A stretch of 64,000 nucleotides of DNA from Candidatus Aenigmatarchaeota archaeon (GTDB lineage: Archaea; Aenigmatarchaeota; Aenigmatarchaeia; CG10238-14; SpSt-28), in assembly GCA_038733315.1 (NCBI GenBank), contig JAVYPJ010000001.1, forward strand, positions 171,469 through 235,468, given 5' to 3'. The position numbers and the translations under genes were made by a program. Below are positions 26,468 through 36,183 of this stretch, piece after piece (positions within the stretch are counted from its first letter, which is position 1; each line of letters starts with the position of its first letter). The notes beneath the pieces were generated by a model, which saw nothing but the letters and a program-made list of their open reading frames with translations, was not told the origin of the DNA and ran no database searches.

Positions 26468-27697
26468 TTATTCTTTTTTGTTTTCAAAATTTTCTAAAAC
26501 CTTAGCGACGTCTCTTATCATTAATCTAACGCTTTCTCTTAGCTTGTATATTTCTTCAAAATCTAATTTTTGATGCTCTCCTGATAGCAATATAGAATAA
26601 ATTTCTTCTAATCTATCTAATATTTGAGAGTAATCGCTAGAAATGTAACCTTTTTTTATGAAATTTTCTTTAAATGTTGGTATCAAATCTTTTTCGCTTA
26701 CCTCTAAATTCATAGATTTTAATGCTCTTCTCATAAGTTCCTTAGCAACATCTCTTGTTTTTAATGCTATTCCTTCTATTTTTTTAATCTCTAATATACT
26801 AAGCAACAAAATTGTTTTTTCAACAAACTTTTGAGACCTTTCAATCCATAAATCAACCTCTTCACCTTTTATTTCTCTTATTTCCTGATGTTCAATTTTT
26901 TTTCTTAATTCTACAATTTCTCTAATCCATTCCGCGTATTCTGCTTCTAAAAGCTTTTTATCTACCAATTCTTTTTTAAATTCTTCGTATAATTTAGATG
27001 GCGCTGGAGGTTGTTTACCTAGGAACATTAATAAAGCTTGTGCTGAGTTCACAATAGCATAATAACAATCTTCTGCTATTTGTAGCAATTTTACAGATTT
27101 TGCTCTTAAAACTTTTTTTGGAGCATCTTCAATATATTTTTCTATAGCCTCTCTTGTTAGTGGAATTTTTCCTGTAAGCCAAAGTTTTTTAAAACTTCTA
27201 AACGTTCCATCATCTATTACTGCATAACCATCTTTTATAAAATTATAAACTATCGGATGTCCACTTCTTACATAGTCCCAAAATTCTGATAATCTATAAC
27301 TTGGTTGTAAAGATATTAAGTTAACAACTTTTTCTTCATTAAGTATTTTATCTTTGACTTTTATTTTTGCTTCATCTACTAAATTAGATATTTTTTCTAT
27401 TTCTCTATCTATTTCTTCTAAGTAGGAATCTAATAATCCATAAACTAGCTGATTTCCGCATCTTGGGCATTTTTCTATTTTGTCTTCTAAATCTATTACA
27501 TGTTCTAAATCTTTTTCACAGTGTTTTACAATCGTATCGTCGATTATTATTAAAATGTCTATATCACTCCTTTCCTTAAACTCTTCTCTTAGTGTAGAAC
27601 CAAAGACTACAACACTTTTTATTAAATCTTTAAACCTATCTTTTACTAACCTTCCAAATTTTCTTGCTATTTCTATTCTTTGTTCCTTAGTTAACAT
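26468..27697 (-). CDS. Pol-beta-superfamily nucleotidyltransferase fused to a C-terminal HEPN-like domain (MNT-HEPN / KNTase-like)
   Basis: Minimal NTase motif 'VVFGSTLREEFKERSDIDILIIIDD' (GS...D.D) at the N-terminus. A zinc ribbon 'CPRCGNQLVYG'. C-terminal 'LRKKIEHQEI' fits the HEPN Rx4-6H motif. Confidence 0.5.
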   Translation of the reverse strand: MLTKEQRIEIARKFGRLVKDRFKDLIKSVVVFGSTLREEFKERSDIDILIIIDDTIVKHCEKDLEHVIDLEDKIEKCPRCGNQLVYGLLDSYLEEIDREIEKISNLVDEAKIKVKDKILNEEKVVNLISLQPSYRLSEFWDYVRSGHPIVYNFIKDGYAVIDDGTFRSFKKLWLTGKIPLTREAIEKYIEDAPKKVLRAKSVKLLQIAEDCYYAIVNSAQALLMFLGKQPPAPSKLYEEFKKELVDKKLLEAEYAEWIREIVELRKKIEHQEIREIKGEEVDLWIERSQKFVEKTILLLSILEIKKIEGIALKTRDVAKELMRRALKSMNLEVSEKDLIPTFKENFIKKGYISSDYSQILDRLEEIYSILLSGEHQKLDFEEIYKLRESVRLMIRDVAKVLENFENKKE

Positions 27698-28497
27698 AAT
27701 TTTGAAAACGTTTCTATAAAATCGTTTGTTATTTTTATTGCTTTATCTAGATAACTCCCATCAACTTCTTTTATTTCTTTATGTTCGATTTTTTTCCAAA
27801 GAGAATCTATTTCATTGTATTTTTCTAAATATTCTTTTGAAATTATTTTTTCTTCAATTAGCTTCTCTAAATATTGTGGTATGGTTTTTGGGTCTGGAAT
27901 ATATTGATATTTTTTCATAATTACTGCTTGGATTATGTCTATTACGCAATACCTTAATTCAAATATAAGACTTTTTAAATCGTCTTTTATTTTTTCAAAT
28001 CTTATAATCGATGACCTTTTTTTAACTTCTATAGCCTCTTCACTAGGCATTATTAAACCAAAATTTAACATTCTTTGTGTTGGTTTTAAAAAACCAGAAT
28101 CGTAAATTATAAGACTATATCTTAAAAAGTTAACTAATTCCGGACTACCCTTAGATATTAAGTTCCAAAAATCAGTTATTTTTGTAGTTTGGACATGAAG
28201 CTCAAACTCCTCACCTCTAATTCTAATATTTGTTAATACAGATTCAATATCCTTAGAAGTTTTTAGAGAGGTGTCATCTACAATTATCCATACATCTATA
28301 TCGCTTGTAGGTTTCATTTTTCCCTTAGCTGCCGAACCAAAAATGCTTATCGATTTTATTAAATTTCCGTATTCTGATAGAACTCTCTTAGAGAAGCTAA
28401 TGACTTTTGGCAAAATTTTTTCTCTCAATTGATTTTTTTGTTCTTCGGTTTTTATTTCTAATTCTTCTAATTCTTTTTCTAACTCTTTCAATTCCAT
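27691..28497 (-). CDS. paralogous nucleotidyltransferase/HEPN-like protein (Arg of the HEPN motif replaced)
   Basis: 'ISIFGSAAKGKMKPTSDIDVWIIVDD' NTase motif. The C-terminus shares 'KKIEHKEIKEV' with the neighbouring paralog, but reads 'LWKKIEH' (W instead of R). 7-nt overlap with the upstream paralog. Confidence 0.45.
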   Translation of the reverse strand: MELKELEKELEELEIKTEEQKNQLREKILPKVISFSKRVLSEYGNLIKSISIFGSAAKGKMKPTSDIDVWIIVDDTSLKTSKDIESVLTNIRIRGEEFELHVQTTKITDFWNLISKGSPELVNFLRYSLIIYDSGFLKPTQRMLNFGLIMPSEEAIEVKKRSSIIRFEKIKDDLKSLIFELRYCVIDIIQAVIMKKYQYIPDPKTIPQYLEKLIEEKIISKEYLEKYNEIDSLWKKIEHKEIKEVDGSYLDKAIKITNDFIETFSKLC

Positions 28498-28524
28498 AAA
28501 ATAATTAAAAAGTGATAGTAATAT

Positions 28525-28776
28525 ATGACAGTTAGTAAAGATTTGATAATAGAAAAATTAAAAGAAATTATCGATCCTGAATTAGGTTGTGATATAATAT
28601 CGATGGGAATGATAAGTAAAATGAGGATTAAAGGTAATAAAGCATATATAAAAATAGTTCCTACATCCCCTTTTTGTCCTTTTATACATTTTTTTATAGA
28701 AATGATAAAAAATAAGCTAAGAGAAATTGGAATAGAGGCAGAGGTTAAAGTTGATATAGAAAAATTTTTTGATTAG
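28525..28776 (+). CDS. DUF59/MIP18-family protein (Fe-S assembly associated)
   Basis: 'LKEIIDPELGCDIISMGMI' matches the DUF59 core (V.DPEL..DIVSLGLV). Confidence 0.55.
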   Translation: MTVSKDLIIEKLKEIIDPELGCDIISMGMISKMRIKGNKAYIKIVPTSPFCPFIHFFIEMIKNKLREIGIEAEVKVDIEKFFD

Positions 28777-29462
28777 TTTTTTAAACAATTTGAAAGCATC
28801 TCTATAAAACTTTCCTCTGAGGGAATTTCAGATATCTCTTTTTCTATTCTACCTCTTTTTATTATTATTTTTGGATCGCTATTCATACTAATGTTAAACT
28901 TTTTAGCGAGTTCTGGGAACTGACTAACTTCTACTACAACACTTCTTAAATTTTTGTTTATAAATGCTGGTTTGTGAGATAAAAGAATTACTCGATGTGA
29001 TTTTGGACATATAGATGTTGTAAGTATTAGTATATCTATTTTTCTATTTATTTCGGATATCTTTTTGATTAAAGAATTTGGAAGTATTCTTGTATTTTCA
29101 GAAATAAATTTTAATTCTTCTATGAATGTATTGAATAGAAATCCTATCGGAAATCCTAGAAAAATTATGTTTGGATGTTTTAAGAAAGTTAGTATTGGTC
29201 CTTTTTTGATTGTTTTGGATAAAAAATTATATAACTTTAAAAAATCATTACTTTTTAATTCTTTAATATCTAAATATTTAAAACAAATGTTTTTATTTAG
29301 TTTCATCATTTCTATAGAGATGGTTTCTGCGATGTAAGAGGATTCGTAGTTTTTTTCGTAGTCCAATATCATTAGTATCTCTACTTTATTCTTTACTGTT
29401 CTTTCTAGAATTTTTTTAAATATTGTTTTTTCACTCTTTGTTAAAATGGTTGCTCTCTCCAT
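28773..29462 (-). CDS. hypothetical protein with a thioredoxin-fold-like C-terminal half (single-Cys CPKS)
   Basis: C-terminal 'EVSQFPELAKKFNISMNSDPKIIIKRGRIEKEISEIPSEESFIEML' resembles the Trx beta-alpha-beta C-terminus. Only a CxxS motif is present ('SICPKSH'). Confidence 0.25.
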   Translation of the reverse strand: MERATILTKSEKTIFKKILERTVKNKVEILMILDYEKNYESSYIAETISIEMMKLNKNICFKYLDIKELKSNDFLKLYNFLSKTIKKGPILTFLKHPNIIFLGFPIGFLFNTFIEELKFISENTRILPNSLIKKISEINRKIDILILTTSICPKSHRVILLSHKPAFINKNLRSVVVEVSQFPELAKKFNISMNSDPKIIIKRGRIEKEISEIPSEESFIEMLSNCLKN

Positions 29463-29496
29463 AGAATATTTAATTATTGCTTCAACCCCTATATAT

Positions 29497-30708
29497 TTAC
29501 AAATTTAGAATTGATAAAACGAAACTATAATAACCGGAATATATTAATATAGTTGGTAAAATGAGGCTACCCATTAAGTAACTTCTTTTAATGTTAGAAA
29601 AAATTGTTATTAAGGATAGAAAGAAAGAAGTCAGCAGAATTAAAACTCCTATAAGACCTGAAAAATAAAACACTATCAAAAAGATTAAAATAAATATTGA
29701 AACATTTAGAATTTTAAAATTTATTTTTTGAAAAAACCTGAAAAGATTTTTATAAAAAAGTAAGAATAGAATGGATGAAAAGAAGGTAGAAATAGTGAAG
29801 ACAGAAAGCATTAAGATAAAAATTTCATATGTAGCTTTTCCAAACGTTTGTTCCAGATAAACGCTTAATCCACTTCTTGGATTTCCTATGGTATACGAAG
29901 ACGTCGCGGAAAAAATTTCGTTAGAAAAAGAAACTCCAGAATTTAGAAATATAAACATTCTGTCATTAAGAATTGGTTGAAAAATTAAAATTATTTGAGA
30001 TGTTCCTAAGGATGGTAACAATCCTGCAAACATTCCTAAAAACAAAGATAAGAAAATTCCTATTAATACACTCTTTTTATTTATCTTTATCTCAACATCC
30101 TCTTTTTGGATTTTCAAAAAATTCTCCTTTTGAATTAAATTTATAAATATTTGCGACATTGCAAAAAACCCGCTGAAAATAGCTAAAACAGCTTTATTGA
30201 AATCTATTAAGTTAAACGAAATAAGACCTAAGAATCCGGATAATAAAAATATTATAAAACTTTTAGCTTTTTCCTTTTCCAAAAAGAAAATTATATATAA
30301 CACTATTAACATTATTAGAGCTATGTAATCGCTTACTTTTAGTATTATTGATGAAATGTATTGATGTAAAAAAAGAGCGATGATTGTTGAAGTCGGAACT
30401 ACTAAAATTGCAGACAGAACATAAATCCTTAGAGCTTCTAACAATAGACCTTCTTTTGCGAGTCTTTGAGAGGGCAGTGTTGAAAGAGATAATTCTTCTG
30501 GTGGAGAAGATAAAAGATAGCTAGAAATCGCATTTCCAAAATTTTGGGAAATTGCTAGGGAAACAAGAAAAGTTATTGCTATAATTTCGTTTTGGAATAA
30601 AAATAGTAGGAAAACTGGAATTAATATGTTTTGATGTAGTGCTGGTACTAAGCCACTAAAAAATCCAATTATGCTACCTAAGAAGCAAAAGAGTATTATC
30701 TCAATCAT
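29497..30708 (-). CDS. polytopic membrane protein, TctA-like (DUF112) putative transporter
   Basis: About 11 TM helices. N-terminal 'GSIIGFFSGLVPALHQN' is like the TctA G-rich motif. Confidence 0.4.
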   Translation of the reverse strand: MIEIILFCFLGSIIGFFSGLVPALHQNILIPVFLLFLFQNEIIAITFLVSLAISQNFGNAISSYLLSSPPEELSLSTLPSQRLAKEGLLLEALRIYVLSAILVVPTSTIIALFLHQYISSIILKVSDYIALIMLIVLYIIFFLEKEKAKSFIIFLLSGFLGLISFNLIDFNKAVLAIFSGFFAMSQIFINLIQKENFLKIQKEDVEIKINKKSVLIGIFLSLFLGMFAGLLPSLGTSQIILIFQPILNDRMFIFLNSGVSFSNEIFSATSSYTIGNPRSGLSVYLEQTFGKATYEIFILMLSVFTISTFFSSILFLLFYKNLFRFFQKINFKILNVSIFILIFLIVFYFSGLIGVLILLTSFFLSLITIFSNIKRSYLMGSLILPTILIYSGYYSFVLSILNL

Positions 30709-31078
30709 TTATAATCTTTATGTTTTTTGGGTTTTGTAAAATAATTTGTAGATTTTCTCTATATACACTTAAAATTCCTATAACTTCTATTTTCGCATCT
30801 TTATATATCTTATTCTCTATAAACTTGAAGACATTAGGAAAAATTGTTATTGTAAAGTTTTTAATACCATCAGAAATTATTATATAATTAACTTTTTCTT
30901 TTTTTATTATTTCGACAACACTTCCAGATACCCTAATTTTTCTACCTAAGAAATCTTCTGATATTTTACTAGGGGTTAGCTCTATAGGGATCTGTATATA
31001 AGAAAAGTATAATAGAATCGACATACCGATTATGAATGAGAGAAGTGAAAAAAATATTATTGTTTTTTCAAAATTCAT
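30701..31078 (-). CDS. small membrane-anchored protein, co-transcribed with the TctA-like gene (8-nt overlap)
   Basis: N-terminal TM helix followed by a small soluble domain. Arrangement analogous to TctB/accessory subunits. Confidence 0.3.
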   Translation of the reverse strand: MNFEKTIIFFSLLSFIIGMSILLYFSYIQIPIELTPSKISEDFLGRKIRVSGSVVEIIKKEKVNYIIISDGIKNFTITIFPNVFKFIENKIYKDAKIEVIGILSVYRENLQIILQNPKNIKIIND

Positions 31079-31111
31079 AATTTTATCTTATGATAAGAAG
31101 AATTTTTATAT

Positions 31112-31183
31112 GGGCCGGTAGCTCAGTGGAAGAGCGCTCGCTTGGCATGCGAGAGGCCGCGGGTTCAAATCCCGCCCGGTCCA
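31112..31183 (+). tRNA. tRNA-Ala (anticodon GGC)
   Basis: GGGCCGG/CCGGTCC acceptor stem with the G3:U70 Ala identity pair, discriminator A. Anticodon stem CTCGC/GCGAG with loop TT-GGC-AT. T-arm GCGGG-TTCAAAT-CCCGC. No CCA encoded. Confidence 0.85.
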
Positions 31184-31184
31184 A

Positions 31185-31595
31185 TTAGAATTTTATAATT
31201 TCATTAATTAAGCAGGGACAAACTCTTTTTACTCCTTTTAATGATGAAATTTTTTTGTGTAGCTCATTTATCTTATTTATATCTTCAGAGATTACTTCTA
31301 TTAATATTGTATGATCTCCGCTTGAAAGATATATAGTTACTATTTCCTTAATTTTTTTTAACTCATCTAAAACTTCAATCAGTTTTTCTGGCTCTACGTC
31401 TATGCCAGTAATAGAAAAACACATGTTTGCTTTCTTGTAGTTTAAAATTGGTTTGTTTCCGAGTAATATGTTTTCTTCTTTTAGTTTTTGAATTTTTTTT
31501 CTCACGGCTACTTCAGAGACATTTAATCTTTTGGCAATTTCTTTTTTTGAAATTTTTTCTATAACTAGCATTTTTATTAAATCATTTTTTTCCAT
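31185..31595 (-). CDS. lrp: Lrp/AsnC-family transcriptional regulator
   Basis: N-terminal HTH 'ISKKEIAKRLNVSEVAVRKKIQKLKEENIL' and a C-terminal RAM domain (about 136 aa total). Confidence 0.75.
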   Translation of the reverse strand: MEKNDLIKMLVIEKISKKEIAKRLNVSEVAVRKKIQKLKEENILLGNKPILNYKKANMCFSITGIDVEPEKLIEVLDELKKIKEIVTIYLSSGDHTILIEVISEDINKINELHKKISSLKGVKRVCPCLINEIIKF

Positions 31596-31625
31596 AAAAG
31601 AATTTTGATTATAAATTTAAATAGT

Positions 31626-31654
31626 ATTTTATCATAACGATAAAATATTTTATC
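31626..31654. promoter_or_regulatory. overlapping AT-rich palindromes (ATTTTATC-ataac-GATAAAAT and GATAAAAT|ATTTTATC) between the divergent lrp and peroxiredoxin genes; candidate Lrp operator
   Basis: Perfect 8-5-8 and 8|8 palindromes read directly. Located in the 99-bp divergent intergenic region. Confidence 0.4.
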
Positions 31655-31694
31655 AAAAAGAAAAATATTTATATCTTTTTGTAATCATATATTT

Positions 31695-32357
31695 ATGCAA
31701 CAGGAAAACTGCTTAATAAGAATTGGAGAGAAGCTGCCAGAAATGAAAGTAATGACAACAGATGGTATAAAAAACTTACCAGATGACTATAAAGGAAAAT
31801 GGTTAGTATTGTTTGCACATCCAGCAGATTTTACACCTGTATGCACTACAGAGTTTGTCGCTTTTCAGAAAAGGTATGAAGAATTCAAAAAATTAAATAC
31901 AGAACTTTTAGGGTTAAGTATCGATCAAGTTTTTAGTCATATAAAATGGATAGAATGGATAAAAGAAAAGATAGGATTAGAAATAAAATTTCCTATAATA
32001 GCGGATGATTTGGGAGAGGTTTCAAAAAAACTAGGATTAATACATCCGGCAAAAGGGACCAATACGGTTAGAGCAGTTTTTATAATAGACCCAGAAGGTA
32101 CTGTAAGGGTAATACTATATTATCCGCAAGAGATAGGTAGAAACATCGATGAAATATTAAGGATTATCAAAGCTTTACAAACTAGCGATAAAAATAAAGT
32201 TGCTATTCCAGCAAATTGGCCAAACAATGAATTAATAGGGAGTAAAGTAATAATACCACCTCAAAAAACATTAGAAAATGCTAATTCAATGTTAGAAAAG
32301 ATAAAGAAGAAAGAAATAGAAGGTTTTGATTGGTGGTTTGCGTTTAAAGAAGTTTAA
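31695..32357 (+). CDS. peroxiredoxin (Prx/AhpC family)
   Basis: Peroxidatic Cys motif 'FTPVCTTE'. Thioredoxin fold, about 220 aa. Confidence 0.85.
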   Translation: MQQENCLIRIGEKLPEMKVMTTDGIKNLPDDYKGKWLVLFAHPADFTPVCTTEFVAFQKRYEEFKKLNTELLGLSIDQVFSHIKWIEWIKEKIGLEIKFPIIADDLGEVSKKLGLIHPAKGTNTVRAVFIIDPEGTVRVILYYPQEIGRNIDEILRIIKALQTSDKNKVAIPANWPNNELIGSKVIIPPQKTLENANSMLEKIKKKEIEGFDWWFAFKEV

Positions 32358-32365
32358 CTCTTTTT

Positions 32366-35215
32366 TTATTTTTTTATTTCTACAAAAATTTCTTCAAACT
32401 CAACACTTAATTTATCTTTATTCACATTTCCAAATTCTATTTTTGAATTTGTCTCCTTTTCAATGAATTCCATATTTTTTTCTATTAATTTCTTAGTCTC
32501 TTCATTTTTTACATTCAACACCAAACATATTTTTTCATCCACTTTTAGATTCTCTTTTTTTCTCAATTCTTGAATAGCTCTGGTAATTTCTCTTAGCAAT
32601 CCAATCTCTTTTAGTTTTCTATCAATTTCTTTATTTAGATAAATAATATACTCATCAGCTTCAACCTTTTCATATATCTCTTTTTCTTCTATTCTCTCAG
32701 AAAAAACAATTTTTTGAACGTTGGTCAAAAGTAATATAATTCTTTTTACTTTCTTTACTTTTTTTATTTCTTCTTTCTTTGGAATTATTATAACTTCTTT
32801 CAGTGGCTGTCTAATTTTTATTTTTGCTTTGTTTCTAGCCTCTAAAATATCTTGTGAAATCTTTTTAGCGATTTCTACTAAGTTTTCTAGTTCATTATTA
32901 ATTAGAGATTTTTTTGGTTTTGGAAAGTCTTCTAGATGAATACTTTCTGAATTCTTTATTAAGCCTATTTCTTGGTAGAAATGTTCAGATAAAAACGGAG
33001 TTATAGGAGCTAGAAGTTTTAGCGATTTTTCAGCGGTTTCTAATAAAGTATACATAGCACCTTCTTTATCTTTACCTTCGTAATTAATCCAAACCCTATC
33101 TCTTATTAATTTAATGTAAAATCTAGATACTTCTTCAACTAGAAAATCAATTAGTTTTTTATTTAGTGTAAAGAGTTTATCTAATTTATAGTTTTTTAAA
33201 GCTTCGTTATATTGAAGAATTAGATTATTTAGTTTTGAGAGAATATACTTATCTTCTATTTTTAAGTGTTTTTTCTCTGCCTTTTTGTTTACATACATTT
33301 TTACAAAACTAAGAACATTTCTTATTATGTTAATTTTTCTATTGAGCTCTTCAATTTCTTTCCAATCAAAATAATAATCTTCCCATGGAAAACCAATAAG
33401 GAAAAATGCTCTTAATACATCTCTTCCATATTTTTCAATAACCTCTTCTGGAGCTACTATATTTCCCAAACTTTTACTCATTTTTCTTCCATGTGCGTCT
33501 AAAACAAAACCATGCATTATAATTCTTTTATATGGTGCTTGATCGAAAGTCATATAGCTAGTAATGATTTGTGAATTCCACCAACCTCTAATTTGATCTG
33601 GACCTTCTATTTCTAATTGTACTGGCCAGAATTTTTTAAAGAGTTTTTTATTTTTATGTAAACCTATAGATGCCCAAGGGGCAACTCCGCTATCGAACCA
33701 AACATCTAATACATCTTTAATTCTTTCCATCTCGCTTTTACATTTTTCACATTTTAGTTTTATTTGATCAATATATGGTCTATGTAAATCTTCTATTTTT
33801 ACTCCTAATTCTTCCATGCTACCAATTACTTTAATGTTTTTACAATTTTTACATTCCCAGATTGGTAATGGAATGCCCCAGTATCTTTGTCTAGAAATAG
33901 GCCAATCGGATAAGTTTTGTAGCCAATCTTTCATTCTATACTTTACAGCTTCTGGAAACCAATTAACTTTTTCATTTTCTTCTAATAGTTTATCTCTAAA
34001 CTCTGTAACTTTGAAAAACCATTGTTCTATGGTTATCATATATAGCTGGCTTTTGCATCTCCAGCATATAGGATAATCGTGTCTTATTTTTCCTTCTTTT
34101 AATAAAGCATTTCTATCTTTTAGTAATTGTATTACCATTTGATTAACCTCTTTTATTTGTTTTCCTTTGAAAATACCAAAATTAAATGTTGCATCAATAT
34201 TTACAGAGTTAATTATAGGTAAATTATATTCTTTACATACGCTATAATCTTCTTTTCCGTGTGCTGGTGCTGCATGAACTAAGCCGGTACCCTCTGTTAA
34301 ACTTACAAACCTTTCACTAAGAATCACTCTATATATCTTAGACTTATCGAACTCTAATAAATCGCTAAATGGATGCTCGTATTCATGTAACTCTAATTCT
34401 TTTCCTTCAAACTCTCTTATTACTTCATATTTCTCCCAATTTAATTCGTTTGCAACTTTTTCTAATAAATCCTTAGCAATTATATAGATTTTATCGTTAA
34501 CTTTAACTTCTGCATATATTGCGCTAGGTTTAATCATTATAGCTTCATTATCTATTAATGTCCATGGTGTAGTAGTCCATATTACTAAGAATTTATCTTG
34601 GTTTTTTAGCTTAAATGCTACATATATAGAGGGGTCTTCAACTTCTTCGTATTCTATTTCGTTATATGCCAAAACAGTTTCGCATCGAGGACAAACATGA
34701 ACAGGATAAAACCCTTTAAATAAATAACCCTTTTCAAAAGCTTTTTTGAATGTATACCATGCACCCTCTATATATTCGTTTGTTAAAGTTAAATATGGGT
34801 TTTCGAAGTTCATCCAAACACCTAGATTTTCGAATTGAGAGCTCATTATTCCTATAAACTGTGTTGCGAAGTTTTTAGCTTCTTTTATAAAGTTTTCTAC
34901 TCCAAAAATTTCGATATCCTTTTTTGTTTTAAATCCTAATTTTTTTTCTACCTGATATTCTATTGGCAATCCATGAGTATCGTAGCCAGCTTGATCCCAA
35001 ACATTAAATCCAAACATTTTGTATATTCTAATGAAATAATCCTTTAAAATTTTATTTAGTGCAGTGCCCATATGGATATATCCAGTAGCATATGGAGGCC
35101 CATCCAAAAAATAAAATATTTTTTTGTTTTTGAGCTTTTCTTTTTGTTTTAAATATATCTTGTTTTCTTTCCAAAAATTAAGGACTTTCTCTTCTAAGTT
35201 TTTAAATTGTGACAT
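32366..35215 (-). CDS. ileS: isoleucyl-tRNA synthetase
   Basis: 'PPYATGYIHMGTALNKILKDY' (IleRS HIGH-region variant; NKILKD is IleRS-specific). 'KMSKSLGN'. CP1 editing region. 'CWRC' zinc motif. 949 aa. Confidence 0.85.
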   Translation of the reverse strand: MSQFKNLEEKVLNFWKENKIYLKQKEKLKNKKIFYFLDGPPYATGYIHMGTALNKILKDYFIRIYKMFGFNVWDQAGYDTHGLPIEYQVEKKLGFKTKKDIEIFGVENFIKEAKNFATQFIGIMSSQFENLGVWMNFENPYLTLTNEYIEGAWYTFKKAFEKGYLFKGFYPVHVCPRCETVLAYNEIEYEEVEDPSIYVAFKLKNQDKFLVIWTTTPWTLIDNEAIMIKPSAIYAEVKVNDKIYIIAKDLLEKVANELNWEKYEVIREFEGKELELHEYEHPFSDLLEFDKSKIYRVILSERFVSLTEGTGLVHAAPAHGKEDYSVCKEYNLPIINSVNIDATFNFGIFKGKQIKEVNQMVIQLLKDRNALLKEGKIRHDYPICWRCKSQLYMITIEQWFFKVTEFRDKLLEENEKVNWFPEAVKYRMKDWLQNLSDWPISRQRYWGIPLPIWECKNCKNIKVIGSMEELGVKIEDLHRPYIDQIKLKCEKCKSEMERIKDVLDVWFDSGVAPWASIGLHKNKKLFKKFWPVQLEIEGPDQIRGWWNSQIITSYMTFDQAPYKRIIMHGFVLDAHGRKMSKSLGNIVAPEEVIEKYGRDVLRAFFLIGFPWEDYYFDWKEIEELNRKINIIRNVLSFVKMYVNKKAEKKHLKIEDKYILSKLNNLILQYNEALKNYKLDKLFTLNKKLIDFLVEEVSRFYIKLIRDRVWINYEGKDKEGAMYTLLETAEKSLKLLAPITPFLSEHFYQEIGLIKNSESIHLEDFPKPKKSLINNELENLVEIAKKISQDILEARNKAKIKIRQPLKEVIIIPKKEEIKKVKKVKRIILLLTNVQKIVFSERIEEKEIYEKVEADEYIIYLNKEIDRKLKEIGLLREITRAIQELRKKENLKVDEKICLVLNVKNEETKKLIEKNMEFIEKETNSKIEFGNVNKDKLSVEFEEIFVEIKK

Positions 35216-35274
35216 ATTTAATTTTTTTGCTGTTAAAAAATAAAAAGCATATTTTTAGAGCAAAAATAATATTT

Positions 35275-35547
35275 ATGGGGATGTTTGATATGTTTAAAAA
35301 GAAAGAGAAAAAAGAAGAATTTATTCTTGAGGGAATAGAAAAGCAAAGTTTTTTACCAAAACCTTCTCTTGAAGTACCTTTACCAGAAAACGTTCAAGCT
35401 AAGCAAACAACAGAAGCACCTTCTCAACAAATTGATAAAATTTCTTTAATAGAATCTAAGTTAGAAAATTTGAGAATATATTTAGAAATGATAAATTCAA
35501 AGTTAGATAGATTAGAGGCTTTATTAAAGTCAAAAGGATTTATTTAG
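35275..35547 (+). CDS. hypothetical small protein with a C-terminal coiled coil; start moved to avoid overlap with the ileS start
   Basis: ORF only ('MGMFDMFKKKEKK...'). Confidence 0.25.
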   Translation: MGMFDMFKKKEKKEEFILEGIEKQSFLPKPSLEVPLPENVQAKQTTEAPSQQIDKISLIESKLENLRIYLEMINSKLDRLEALLKSKGFI

Positions 35548-36122
35548 GTTGCAATCCATTGGCATCTATTATCTACGCACAAACACTTATAATTTTTAAG
35601 ATTTTCATAGCATTGTTTCCATATGCATATCGATATTTTTTCGTCCGATACGTTTCCGCAGATTTCTCCAGAGCAGCCACCGATTTTGCAATCAAAGTTT
35701 GAGTTACAATATGAATAAGTAGATATTCCACAGAATTCTTTTTCCAAAACTATTTCTTCCTTGCTATAGCTTATAAATAATATTTTTTTGTTCTTTTCGG
35801 CATTAAAAATTTTTATTATTTTATTGCATACGCATCTACAAATTTTTCCATCCTTTTCTATTTCGAGGATTTTGTAATAATCCTTTTCTTCACTAATTAT
35901 TATTTCGTCGCTACAGCAATTAACTACTATATTAGCTATTATAGTGTTGTTTTTTTCGTCAAAATAATAGTAGTTTAAATATTTCCCAAAATCTTCACAT
36001 TCCGAAACTTCGTATTTAATATTCTTTTTTTCTCCTATTAGCTTATCGATGGTATAAATGGAAAAAATATAAGCTAATACTAAAATTAATATTATTAAGT
36101 ACTTTAGATTTTGACTATTCAT
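35544..36122 (-). CDS. hypothetical Cys-rich membrane-anchored protein
   Basis: N-terminal TM helix. About 20 Cys including CC and CxC pairs. Confidence 0.3.
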   Translation of the reverse strand: MNSQNLKYLIILILVLAYIFSIYTIDKLIGEKKNIKYEVSECEDFGKYLNYYYFDEKNNTIIANIVVNCCSDEIIISEEKDYYKILEIEKDGKICRCVCNKIIKIFNAEKNKKILFISYSKEEIVLEKEFCGISTYSYCNSNFDCKIGGCSGEICGNVSDEKISICIWKQCYENLKNYKCLCVDNRCQWIAT

Positions 36123-36183
36123 AAAAAGTGTAGTATTGGTAGATTTATAAATTTTGAAATTTTTAAATATTTATTGATAAAGT

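Noticed and set aside
26468-27697. CCA-adding enzyme (class I archaeal tRNA nucleotidyltransferase)
   Set aside because: The NTase motif lies within the first 35 residues and the C-terminal region carries a HEPN-like Rx4H block shared with the adjacent paralog. A MNT-HEPN fusion fits better than Cca, though this is not excluded without a profile search.
35209-35274. Upstream extension of ORF 35209-35547
   Set aside because: It would overlap the ileS start codon region on the opposite strand. The downstream Met (35275) gives a more plausible start.
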